Part shown: positions 14,674 through 35,000 of the stretch, piece by piece
Position numbering within the stretch: the first letter of the stretch is position 1
Layout: every line of letters begins with the position of its first letter
Origin: Chrysomallon squamiferum
Taxonomy: Eukaryota; Animalia; Mollusca
DNA: 64,000 nt
Reading direction: 5' to 3'
NCBI GenBank assembly: GCA_012295275.1
Contig: CM022673.1
Location: forward strand, 19,592,001-19,656,000
Position numbers and translations under genes: made by a program
Notes under the pieces: model-generated
The model's database searches: none
What the model was told of the DNA's origin: nothing
Seen by the model: the letters and a program-made list of their open reading frames with translations, nothing else

Positions 14674-17302
14674 AGATTACAAAAATATCAAAAACATCCA
14701 AATTAAATCGATATTTTTTCATCAGTGGCAAACAAACGCTGGCAATATATATTCAGTTCTTTTAGTGACAAACACAACTTACTTATGACAGTTACCACTG
14801 TTTTTTTGTTTTTTTTATTATTATTATTATTATTATTTTTAATTAATTAATTAATTAATTTATTTATTTATTATTATTTTCTCTGGTTTTTGTTTTGTTT
14901 TTTCACAATGATTTTCTTTTAATTCGTATAGATTGGCCTGTTTGTTTTGCAGCCTGTATGCACAATCCAGCAAATATAACCGTTATTAGTAAGTAACTCA
15001 ACTTATGTGAATGTATATGTGTATTTATAATTAAATGTAATCCTTTGGAAATTGCAGAAATCGCAGAAAAGAACGGAGCAAACACATATTTGAATTATTT
15101 ATTTAAATGAACAGCATAGAACAAATGCATATGAATTATAAAAATGTTATATTAATTGAAACTTTCTTTGAATGTAATGGCTAAAGGATCGCCTGTTTGT
15201 ATGTGTGACGGAGAAAATCAGTCTTCTCTTTAATATATAACCCTTAAGAATTATACAAGCTAAGTATGGCGGAGGCAGTAGTTTCATGTTTACTATATAT
15301 ATCAAGTTTTATCTCTAAAACAGTGGGTGAGAACAGTGGGAATCTGAGGTCAACACTGACCTTCCGTAATTGTAAGCATTGATACCAAAGTTGTGTTATT
15401 GTTAACTGATTGTGATGTCAACATCCTGCGAAGCAGTACGTTATTTTGATATATTTGCATATTCAAATATTTACTGAGGTGTGGTATTTTACCTTGAGGG
15501 ATAAACATATTTAATATCCCCCACATGTTCACTTATGTGGTGAGAGTAATTTTGTGACAAAAAACTGTTTGTAATCGTCCATGTAAGCATTGTAAGCTTA
15601 CTCGGTAAATAACTATTATTAGATCGTATAATATATATATTCTTTAAATCTAAACTTGTGTTGTTGAGTTTCTAGTGATTTGACGTTGGCTGAATATAAA
15701 TATATATATGACCTTATTCCTTGAATACCCTTAAAACCGTACCAAACCGGGTAACTATCTACAAAATATAGAGACATAATGTATAGTTAGTGCTATTTTG
15801 GAGGAAAAGTGTTCGCCCGTTGCGGGGTTCCTGTGTGGTTACGTGACGACGGTGCTAATTACGAGTCGTATGCGATTGCGTTAGACGTCCTGTGACAGTG
15901 TGTTTTATACACTTAGCATAGCACAAAGATTACAGGGAATAACAAGACGAGGCTATATCATCATTACACCTGTTAATTTGTAAAGAATTAATTTTAATTT
16001 ATATACCAGCCACATTTTCCTTTTTATTTCGTATTAATAATATATAATATAATTATAATTATTGTTTTTCTTTTCTAAAATTTTAATTTTTCCGGTTATT
16101 GAAGTGAAGCTAACAAGTTTTAAGTTTAAATATATTCTTTTTTCCATACATATGTAATCTTTACTGACAGATTTTAATTTATCAGGAATTGTAAATAAAT
16201 GGAAGATAACTAATACTGTTTCGGCAGTCGTTAGATAAAATGTAAAAGGTGTCCCATTCAGGCTACTATCACAAAAGAAGCGTATCCTGTTTGTGTGAAG
16301 TTCAAAATACTGGACGATGTCACGTCTGACGCTTTTTGAATGCGGCACAGTCAGAATGGAACCTTTTTTCTGCTAATAATAAACAAACCAATATAAACAC
16401 TGATGAAACTGTGCAGTGTTTTGCATAGACCACCATCGTTGTGTCTTATAATTTGTTATAAGAAATAAAAGTATTTAGAACACAATATACAGCAGGTATC
16501 GTTTACTTTATTTAATTTTAACCGTTTTATAATTTCTGATTATAAATAATATTTATTTAAACAGCAGAAATGAACCCATTTATGATGTGAAAAAAATGTT
16601 TTTATATGATGTGGGTGGGTTTTTTTTGGTGTTTTTGTTTTTGTTGTTGTTTTTTTTTTTTTTTCCAACTATATTCAATTAATAAAACAAACTATATCAG
16701 TCTCTAAGTTTATCTAACAGAATGAATTTATGCTTTCATACTTTTTAATTCCTAAATCATTTTTTATTTTAAAACTGGTATAAAAGAGTCCAGAGATAAG
16801 AATTATCCACGGGTTTCACAGATTTTGTATGCTTCCCATTGCTGCAATTCGTTCAGATCAGATCACAAAAACGAAAATGCATGTTATACAAGCCATGTTT
16901 CATAATTAAGGATTATAATAATAATAATAATAATAATAATAAAAGGTGAAAAAAAGAAGAAAAAGAAACCACAAACAACCAATTCTACTATCTTTTTATA
17001 CTGTTCAGTATTAAATTACGTACAATTTAATTAATCCGTTAATTCGAACAAATATTTATAATCAGTTATCTAGTAAAGCGAATATTGATTTGCAAGTCTT
17101 TGGAATAATTAGGAAAAATGCCATTCTGTAAAATTTAAAAAATGTTTTATTATATCAGCTAATAAACAAAAAAATATTACATATATTATACAGGTATTAA
17201 TTTTCTTCTTTATGATTATAATTCTTGTTCGTTTACAACATTAAATACCGTTTTATTTGTTTTTGCGAGCAAATGTACTAAATAATTAAGTATAACAGAA
17301 CA

Positions 17303-17345
<43 letters not shown>

Positions 17346-17796
17346 GTAATAATTAACAAAATAAATATATAAATAAATAAGAGTCATTGAAAAATACCTA
17401 GTAAAATAATCAGATTTTTGTTCACACACACACACACACACACAATCGGTTCGTTTCATATATCAATAATACCACATTTAAACCAACATAAATAGTTTCT
17501 GCGACTTTGTTCCTGAATGACTATGGACAGAAATAAACTGATATTTACAATGACTGATATGTTGTTTTGTTTTTTTGTGTGTGTTTGTGTGTCTGTATAT
17601 TGCTGTTTCTTTTTTTTTTTTCTTGCGTCACGGATTCTTCTTGTTTAATGATTTTAATTTTGATAATTTTTTTAGTCAATAATATTTTTATTAATGGGCA
17701 AAACAGCATTTGTAAAGTCATTCGTGTTTTTAAGGTTCTAAGTATTTTTTCAGATCATGTTTCTATATTAGAACATTATTTTTACTGTCTTTCGAT

Positions 17797-17847
<51 letters not shown>

Positions 17848-18129
17848 TGTGTGTGTTTGTTAAACGTATAATGGTGATATCATTCAGGATATGTTCTCAT
17901 ACAATAATCCACATTTATGCATTTTTAAGACTGTTTTTAAAAGTTTTAACTATTTTCACATCAAGAATATTATTTTTATTGTCTAACGATATACATATGT
18001 ATATATTTTATTTAGTATAATAATAATCTTCAGGTGCCGGGTCGGAAAATAAAAGTAGATGCATGAATACATATTAAATTTTTATTAATTTAAACAAATA
18101 ATTTCGATCTTTTTTTAGTTTTGTACAGG

Positions 18130-25890
<7,761 letters not shown>

Positions 25891-25920
25891 ATTATCTTTC
25901 AATAACGTAACAAAAAAATC

Positions 25921-26282
25921 ATTTCGCTGGTTCTCCGACAGAGACAGGTCTATATCCTTTTTTGGCTAATTTTTGCAACTGTAGGGTTGGCAACGATTCC
26001 GGCTAGTATATTCATTTAACAATAATTTGGCTTTATATTCCTTTAAACCGATCATTTTCGATCACGCTTAAAACTGTCACGTGTTAATCAGCTGACCGTA
26101 ACGTCACTATTTAAGTCGTTGATTTTTGTTAAATTATTGTTAAATGACTATACTAGCTGGAATCGTTAGCCGACCGTACGGCTGCAAAGATTAGGCAAAA
26201 AACGATACAGATCTGGCAGAGAACCAGCGATATCCATCCAGATATTCGTCTGAGCTGTTCTCCGCCAGAGGATACAAGGCGA
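25921..26282. mobile_element. Second copy of the palindromic element family, directly 3' of the GPCR stop codon
   Basis: Arms 25921-26028 and 26131-26233 are reverse-complementary. Shares motifs ggatggatatYgctggttctc, gctaatYttt, aattattgttaaatga and gtcagctgattaaca with the ATG9 intron copy. Confidence 0.75.
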
Positions 26283-27993
26283 TTCTTCTGCTTAGATAAC
26301 GTAATGTTCAAACCATTGAATTAAATATTCTCTGTCGTTAGGCACATTTATTTTTGGAAATAGTTAGTTTTAGAGATACATTTTATATGGCGTTATCTAG
26401 AAAGACAACAAAAATCGAAAAGAAATTCTGAAATATTAACTTTACACAGAGATTATATTCTTATTCATATTTGATATATAGTATATGATGGTACTGTTAT
26501 TAACTGTTAGCTATCACTCAGTATTTTGTATATTGTGCATGGTGTATTGTATTATAATGTAACGGATTTTAATTTATTATTAGTCTATTTTATTAAATTA
26601 AAAATCAAAACAAAACAAAACAAAAAAACAAAAAAATCAGAAAGAAATTAAATTATACTTACACGCACATATGTATATATCAGAGAAATTAATCAAGAAG
26701 ACCGTATTTATATAGGGGCAATTATCCCCTGCGTCTCAAATTTCCTTTATAAATGCATACATACGTGTTTATACATATATAAATGTAATAATTATAAAAT
26801 TAGTTTTATTATTAAAAAGACTTCAAAACGTGTTTCGGGGGCACCCACCCTTTGAATAAATAGATAATTAATACATTTTACAATAACATGTGACTGTGTG
26901 TGTGCGTGCATGAACACATACATATATACACACAGATACAAAATGCCCCCCAAAAAGATTTTAAAAAATAAAACGAACAGATACAAATAAATAAATAAAT
27001 ACAAAAGCGTAAGAGTGTTATGCAGTAATTTGGCTATATTGGAAACAAATTGTAGTCACGGTTATTCTTAAAACTGAGATAAATAAGACACATTCTTTCG
27101 AAGGACTGCTGTTTATCATTCAGTTTAACTTCTTTCTTTTATTTGTCATGTAATTTATGACCCACCAGATCTAATTATTTTCCGATAATTATTCTTCTTC
27201 GTTTGAATAATGTTATAAACAGAACTGTTCAATCATTTGCATTTAAAATAGTAACATCGTCCCGTTTTTTGTGCCGAGGTCAAATTGCATGCAGCTGCTA
27301 CAAAACTACAGATGTTTCTCTTGATTCGTTTTTAACTAATGTATTCAAGTCTTTTTTTTTTCTCTCTTTTTTTTTCTTACTATATCTAGGAATGAGACAG
27401 AATTATTATTTTTCCTGTAAAATTATATGTCATTAGGAAGAGTCAAAAATGCGTATTAAAATGAATCAATATTCTTTTTAATAGCAATGATAATAAATAA
27501 ATAATAATAATAATAATAATAATATATATATATATATATATTATCGGAATAAAATTTTAAGGTATTTTCCTTCATAAGCAACTGAGAATCTATAAATTGT
27601 TTCTGTCATTTGGCAATATAAACACTGAATATCTTATATGGTTTTAACCTAGTATACCTATATTATATCAAAATGAAGCTTTTGATGAGTTCTAAAATTG
27701 TACGGTATTTTAAAGCAAATTGCAAATGCACGTGAATTTTAATTAAGTAAATAATCGCACTAATTAGCTCGAATACGGTAAGTACGCCTTAACTGCATAA
27801 TTCTCAACAAAAAAAAACAAAAAAAATTGTCAGTATTTGACCATACCTTCACTCAAAATGTTTAACATCACTAACAGTTATTACAATTCAGCATGAAATA
27901 TGTAAATAGACTGTAATTTGTCATAAATGTATTATTTTAATAAAACTGGGAATCCTATAAAGTTTGCCAATTCTGCCAATACCCTTATCTGTA

Positions 27994-28700
27994 CAGTATT
28001 CCCTCGTTATTCGCGGGGGTTACGTTCTTTACCCCCCCCCCGCGAATAGCGAAAAACCGCGAATATTGGATGCAGTTTTAAAACGTCTATTATGAGATTA
28101 TATACGGTACTAAATGCTTCCCAAACACTTTCTAAAGACACTCTTACTCATTAATACAGTAATAATGTAGTAATATTGCATGCAGTTATGTATTTCACTA
28201 ATGTAGTAATGATAATGTAAACACATTTTAATTTTGTACTGAAACAATATTTTAATCAGAAAGAAACGTAAGTACAGGACAGTAACACCGCATAGCACAG
28301 TAACCCATACAGTATTACTGTACCGTAAAGTCATTTTCTATGCGTACAACATATGTATTAGAATTGCCAGAAAGTGGAACAAATTTAAAGGCAAACAGAC
28401 AGATAAATACAGTACGCACAGTTCAGGTAATAATAATACAATTCAGTAATAATATGCAATTAAAAACATTATTAATACACGGTCACAAAAAATATGCACT
28501 GTACATACAGTGTATGCATTTATAAAAAAATACGTACTGTATTGCAATAATAATTGAAAAAATTTGATATTGTTTGTGCGGTTTACCGAGCATTTGTTTT
28601 TATGACGTTATGACGCTCGCCTGGTATACCAGCATACGATGCGATAGGGTTAAGAGCCTAACCCGCGAATGGGGAACCGCGAACAGGTGAGGGTATACTG
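27994..28700. mobile_element. Non-autonomous Tc1/mariner-superfamily (Tigger/pogo-like) MITE
   Basis: Flanked by TA (27992-27993 and 28701-28702). TIRs cagtattccctcgttattcgcgg vs reverse complement cagtataccctcacctgttcgcgg. Subterminal hairpin tattcgcggggg...ccccgcgaata and repeated ccgcgaa motifs. Confidence 0.8.
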
Positions 28701-31700
28701 TATTTGATTTTGAGTGAACATAACGTCACTGTATTGTATTAATTTTAGATGACTGTCACAGGGCCCAGCGCAAAAGAGGTGTTACTTTCAAGTGCTAACG
28801 ACCCTATCAAAATACGGCTTGTTTCCTGTTTAGGGATTGCGCCTTTAGTGGACCCACTGACCGTGCATTTAATAAACTATGACGGTTGGTTATTACAGAT
28901 ACATATATTTGTATTTACTAAGATATGTACAGATAATCGCCATGCGCGGCGGCCATTTCGCACTACTTAGTTTTCCGCTTCACCCACATTTCGCGTGAGG
29001 GGGCGCACCGTTTTCTCGCTTTTCGTCAGCTCATGTTATATTATTTCTTTTGAATTCCAGCATAAGAGAAACAGGCGGGAAATCCATAATCATTGTCAAT
29101 TTCGAATAGTTTGATTCGGTTGAGTTTTTCTGTATCCACGTTTATTTAAAAAAAAAAAAAATGAAATTTTCAACACGCTTGAATCACTAAAACCAGATAC
29201 GTCACACGAATCAAATATAGCTGGACATAAAATTTATTTTTTTATTTTATTTTATTTTTTGTCTTACTGTCCTTAAAATTGTATCAGGTTCCTGCAAACA
29301 TGCTAATTGTATTCTTTACCTCGTGATACATGTTCATCTCGGCGTTGGATCGCCAGTGTCATAGCGGACCAAAATTCCTATTATATGACTTATGTTTGAG
29401 AATGGATTATATTGGCTAATTGTTCTTGAATTAATTACATCTTCCATAAGAATAATAGAAAAAGATGTACCTAATGATTTAATGGTATTTTTCATCCATA
29501 ACTGTCTCGAATCTCAGACGAGTTGGAATTTTAAAACCATGAAAAACACCATCTATGATCTATCATCTAGCGATTCTAATTTCTAGGCAGTTTGTTTTTG
29601 TATTGTGTGATGCAATTCATCCTTATCCCCTTTAGATCACTAGATTCATGTAACTACATTATCTCACCTGCAGTCTGTGTTGTTCAAGCAGATAAATCTA
29701 CAAGTTTAAATGTATATAACCTGAGCTGAACATGAGAAATTTTTAAAAATTAACACTAGATGATAATATAAAATGATCAATACCTTTAGCTGTTTGCAGA
29801 TTTATTAAGGCACATATATGTATTTATTATTTGGAGAAAGCCTAAACACTCCTAAACGTTACAGTCCACACTTAAATCTTTCCAAAATCAGATGGGTTTT
29901 ATCAGTAGACATTTGCACTAAGTGGTTCAGGTCTTGTTTGCTTGAATTTTGTTCTGAATCCCTGGACACTACATCTGACAATGATACTGATCCAAATTAT
30001 CTGCTTGATATTTCTGATTTTAATTCAAAATGATTAGGAAAAAGTGAAAGTTAAAATGTTGCTGGTATCACTATATTCAGAAGAAATAAATTTAATAATC
30101 TTTCTGAAAAAACACCCATTCTTTGTAACAAACTATAAAAAATCGTATTGGAACACATAATTACATAAATGGCCAATGTAAATGTGAACTGATTTAGAAA
30201 ATTGTACTAAGTTCCAGTTAGCTGTTGAGTAACAGTTTTACAAATCTTTGTGAGCTCATTTTTTCCTTCTTTATTCTTAGTTTCAATTTTATCATGATTG
30301 TGATATTTAATAGTTTTTATTATTTTTCAAAATAAGCAAAATTTTGATTGTCAAAGAGACTGTAGACATGTTTATGTCAGCTTTATTATATTTGCATCAG
30401 AACTCATCCTAGAAAATACTCAGTAAAGTCTGTCCAGTATGGGCACAGATCTTTATTGCAAAATTACCCATATTTAGATTTCATTTGTCTGACATACAAA
30501 AACATGAGTTAACAAAGAAAATGGTTTCAAATGACTAAAAGAGAAATGTTATTTGCTTTATTTTTCACTGTAATAGGAAATAACAAAAACAAAGAGCAAA
30601 AAAAAAAAAAAAAACCAAAACAAATAAACAAAGAAAAAACCCTACTTAATTTAATATTTTTATTACATTTTAAAATATCTTATTCCTGCATGATCTGTGA
30701 ATGGAGTGCCGTTATATTCTAATTTCTATAATACAACTGTTGGATGACTGTAATGGAAACAGTAGTTTCCTTCTAATATGTTTTTATTTTATTTCATTAT
30801 ATATGATACCTATAGCTGTTCAATATATAATCTCATCTTTGTCTTACTTTGACAAATAAAATGTTATAAAACTGTTACTAAAATCTGTTTTATGTTCTGT
30901 TTTTGGACAATAAATGAATGGATGGTTTTACAATAACAGATTATAGTATCAAATGGTACTGAATTATTTTTTATTTTACATATTTTAGTATTCTTTTAAA
31001 CTAATAGAGATCATTGGTTCAAACTTGATAAAGTATAATAAATATATAAATTTATGGGGTTATTTTAAGTACACTTTAAACATTTAAACAATCAAATGTA
31101 ATATCTAAAACATTGTCAAAAAGTTCATAACTTCACTTATATCATTAAAGACTGTCAAACAGTGCTTTTTTTCTCAGTTATTTTTACAACATATAATGAT
31201 TTAGTAATGTTCTTAATATAACAAATTATCTAAGGGTTTTTTAAAATTCTTATAGTTTTTCAAATGAACTTTATTTAATAATCATCTGCTCTTTAAAATT
31301 AGACCTGCAAGTGCCAACCTCTTTTTACAAGAAATGGTTCATAAAAATAATAAACAAAATGTATATATAAAAATAATATCTTCATTAAAAAATGTACAAA
31401 AGGGATAATTTTAATATTCATATCTGCCATATCTGTCCAGCTTATAATTTCATAAATGCTATTCTGACATTCCATATCATTCTGTATGACAGGTTACAAA
31501 ATTTGATCTCCTGCCTGGATCATGACAACTTGGCCATAATGAATCAGCAACACCAAACACTTTTTAACCATAAACATTTGTATTATTTTTAGATAAAGTT
31601 GTGGTAAATTTTTAGACACATCTTAAAATTAACACCTACATTTTAGATTCTTGTGTTGACATGCTCATGAAAAGAAATTATAATGGCAAGTTTTATTTTG

Positions 31701-32002
31701 GTTGTTAATTACATCTCGTATAGAATATTATTTCACTAGAACTTTTAAATGAATATCAATTACTGTTGGGCAGTTTCAAAGCTCACTGAAAACTGGAATT
31801 TGATTCTTCTTTAAACAAAACATATTTCTTTCATCGTAAAATTTAACATTTTTCCTGTACAGAATTAATATAAAAATTAATGTTTGTTTCTAGATTGTAA
31901 CAAAATATCCATCAAATTTAGCATTATTTTCATCAAAAAATGTCAGTAATAACTTGACATTTCATCCCAAGAAAGGTGAAAACTGGCTGGGCTGGCTTCC
32001 AG

Positions 32003-35000
32003 TCATTGTGGTCCTGGATGTAATGGGGGAATTCCCCGAGGATCAGGAACACTGGGGGCTTCTAAATTAACTTGCAGCTGACTCAGCCAGCGTTTGGTGG
32101 AGTTATCATCCTTGAGACATGCAGCAAAGGTACTGTCTTTAAGCTGATCTGGCAGACACTGACGCAGAGCTTCTCTTGCCCTAAACACCGTCAATTGAAT
32201 TGATACCTGAAAACTTGACATATGTATATTTAACTTTCAAGATACTTTATAGTTAACTACTTTGATGTGAGACAACACAAATAATCCACTTACTAGTACT
32301 AGAAAATGAAAAATCTTTTGTATTTAATTCAAAATGACATAAACAGATTGACACTATACCCAGATTTTGGGCTTGAAAAATATTGTAATAGTTTTAAATT
32401 GTTTTTAATGCTTAAATACATCTACATGCCATTCCTGAATAACCTTACCTGGCATTATCTGACAATCTAAGGTAGCAACGCACAACATGTTTCAATAATC
32501 TTGCTGAGGGCTCTTTTGATAAATGTAGCACCATTTTACCCTGGTTCAAAGATAAATAAGTTTGAAAATTCAAATATTTAAATTAAAAAAACAACAACCA
32601 AGAGACAAAAGAAAGATGATAATATAATATTTAAAGTATTAATAAACAGAAAAATGTATTTATTTTAAAAGTCTATATTTATTATTTTTTTTTTTTTAGA
32701 CACTTCAACAATTCTCTGTTAATTAAAATGACAAAATATTATTTTTGATGTCACATAAATCAGTAGAAAATATTTATAAATAATATCCTAAATACTTACA
32801 AGTATCATTGCAACATGTGAGAATCGTTCATATGTTTGACAAATGTAAGCTAGTCCCGTTTCATCTAGGAGTATCTTTTGTAAAATAAATGTGGCAACCT
32901 AGATCAAACCAAACAGAAATGGTGGAATATTAACTGGTTTTAAATTAAATCAATAAGATTTTGTGAAGTGTTAAAAAATTTGTTTAAAATAAATTCAACT
33001 TATAATACAGTTCAGTTTCAAATGTTTCTATTTAGTGAGTATTTGAATGTGTACATCTAATCTATATGTTTCTTTTAAGAAAATATTCAGGATTAAAGTA
33101 GTTTTCAGATTATGCCAGTATTATGGAAAAAAAACTGGTGGTCACATTACATAAAGAAAGAAAAAAATGAAAAAGAATTCTTGGAAAATATTCAGAACAT
33201 TTCATTTTTGTAAAGAAAAACAAAGCTGCAGAAAAAATGGCGAATGCCTTACTGTTTTGGAAAGTTCGCTACCAGACTCCATTATCCTCAAACATAATGG
33301 AATAATTTCAGTGTTAAGCAGAAAATTTATAACTTCTTGTTCATCAGTCTGAAAGTAAGTTGCATCAAATATCAAAAACAAAAACTATTTATTTAATCCA
33401 TATTAAAGTAAAGGAGAACTTGTGAAGGAGAGAATAAGAATTTAAAAAACATATTTTCAAAATTTGTGTATTGGTTTACTGTAAATGTAAACAGAAAATC
33501 ACTGACAAGATATACTTACTTTGACTAGAGCACCAATTACACCAAGGCTGGTCAATCTGAGGTATTCAAATGGTCGGGTTTTACTCACTGTATGAAGGAA
33601 TGGGTACAGAAACAATGGAATATGAGCTGAAAATTAAGTTTACTAATTCATAAATCTATTAAAAAATATATATTTATCAAGATTTCTTAGATTCCAACTG
33701 TATGTATTTTCTTTCATTTATTCATGAACAATATATGGAGAAATCAGTAATAGGATTCATGGTATCAGAGCAAATACTTGCTTCACACAATATATATAAT
33801 AGTTTCCAGCTGGTGGGATCATACTACCACATACTGTTAAGTCTTCAAATCTAGTTAGATTCACAAAGGCCATTTACAACTGAAGTAATAGTTATATAAA
33901 TAACATGTGATAAGGGCAAAAAAATTCCAAGTCCTATATATGAAAAAAATTAAATAAAATTTTAAAAATATTTATGATAAATAAAAGAAACACAGAAAAC
34001 CCTTGAAAAACACAAAAAACATTTATCCTTGATAATTAAAATGTTTTCTAATTTATTTATTATTTATGGCAAAGAATTAGAGATGAGTTTCAGAAGTTAA
34101 AAAATAAATAATTATTGATTGACAAGTCACCTTTTTTGAGGTGTTACCATGTGATAATGACAGTGATTTCTTTATATACAGTTTGAGAATCTGCATCCTA
34201 AATGTTTCAGATTTTGAAATATAAAGAGATAGCCTCACTACAGATTTCAAGTCTAAATAAGAAGTCTTTTTATTTCATATACAGTTTATACAAATTGTTT
34301 ACAGGCATTTATTTTTTATTTTTTAAATAATAAAATGTTACAGTACAACACATTTTCTGAATGTAATTGACTTCATTGATAAACCTCATCTCCAGATATA
34401 TTTACAATATGTTAGAAGCAAACTATTTTATTTAAGTAAGCAGATTATACACTGTTTTTTAGAAATGAGTTGTGAATACCTAGATTCTAATTAACCTAGT
34501 TTTATATGAAACTAAACTATTATCTTTTATTTTTATATAATGTATGTCATTATAAATAGCTTTTAAATTTGAAATGCTCCCAAAACTTTGATAATCAAAT
34601 CAAAAATTACAGGATCAAATAGCTGCACCTAATATACTATTATGGGCTATGCCATGTCAAATCAGCCCTCCAAAAAATAATTTTAAACACGGCAATATGA
34701 CAAGGATGCTAAATCTGCCATTATTGTTCAGTTTGAAGTACACTGACCTTTTGACCTTTGTTATGACCGTGTGATGTCCTTGAGATGTCCTTTTTTGAAA
34801 TTTAATCTCCTACATTTTAACTAAAACATACAAACGTTTCAGAGATGTAATATTCTTTGTTTTGCAACAATACACATTCAAAAATTGCGTGTCCATGAAA
34901 ATAACACCTTTTCTGCCATTACCATCTGATTAGCTAAAACCTGAATGACCAATTCCTGATGCTAGGAATCACCATTTCTTTTGATCACCTAGTAATACAT

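Noticed and set aside
1876-18020. Numerous 60-126 aa ORFs upstream of the GPCR
   Set aside because: They come from microsatellites and poly-T/poly-A tracts (poly-Y, F, CV, ER), with no recognisable domains or coherent exon chains.
28600-28655. piggyBac-like terminus (gggTTAA) inside the Tigger-like MITE
   Set aside because: No matching TTAAccc end found nearby; insufficient support.
28945-29085. Resemblance to vertebrate telomerase RNA (ggccattt ... gttttctcgct ... ggcgggaaa)
   Set aside because: No template region (CTAACCCT-type) on either strand nearby and no convincing pseudoknot partner or H/ACA domain; short-motif coincidence.
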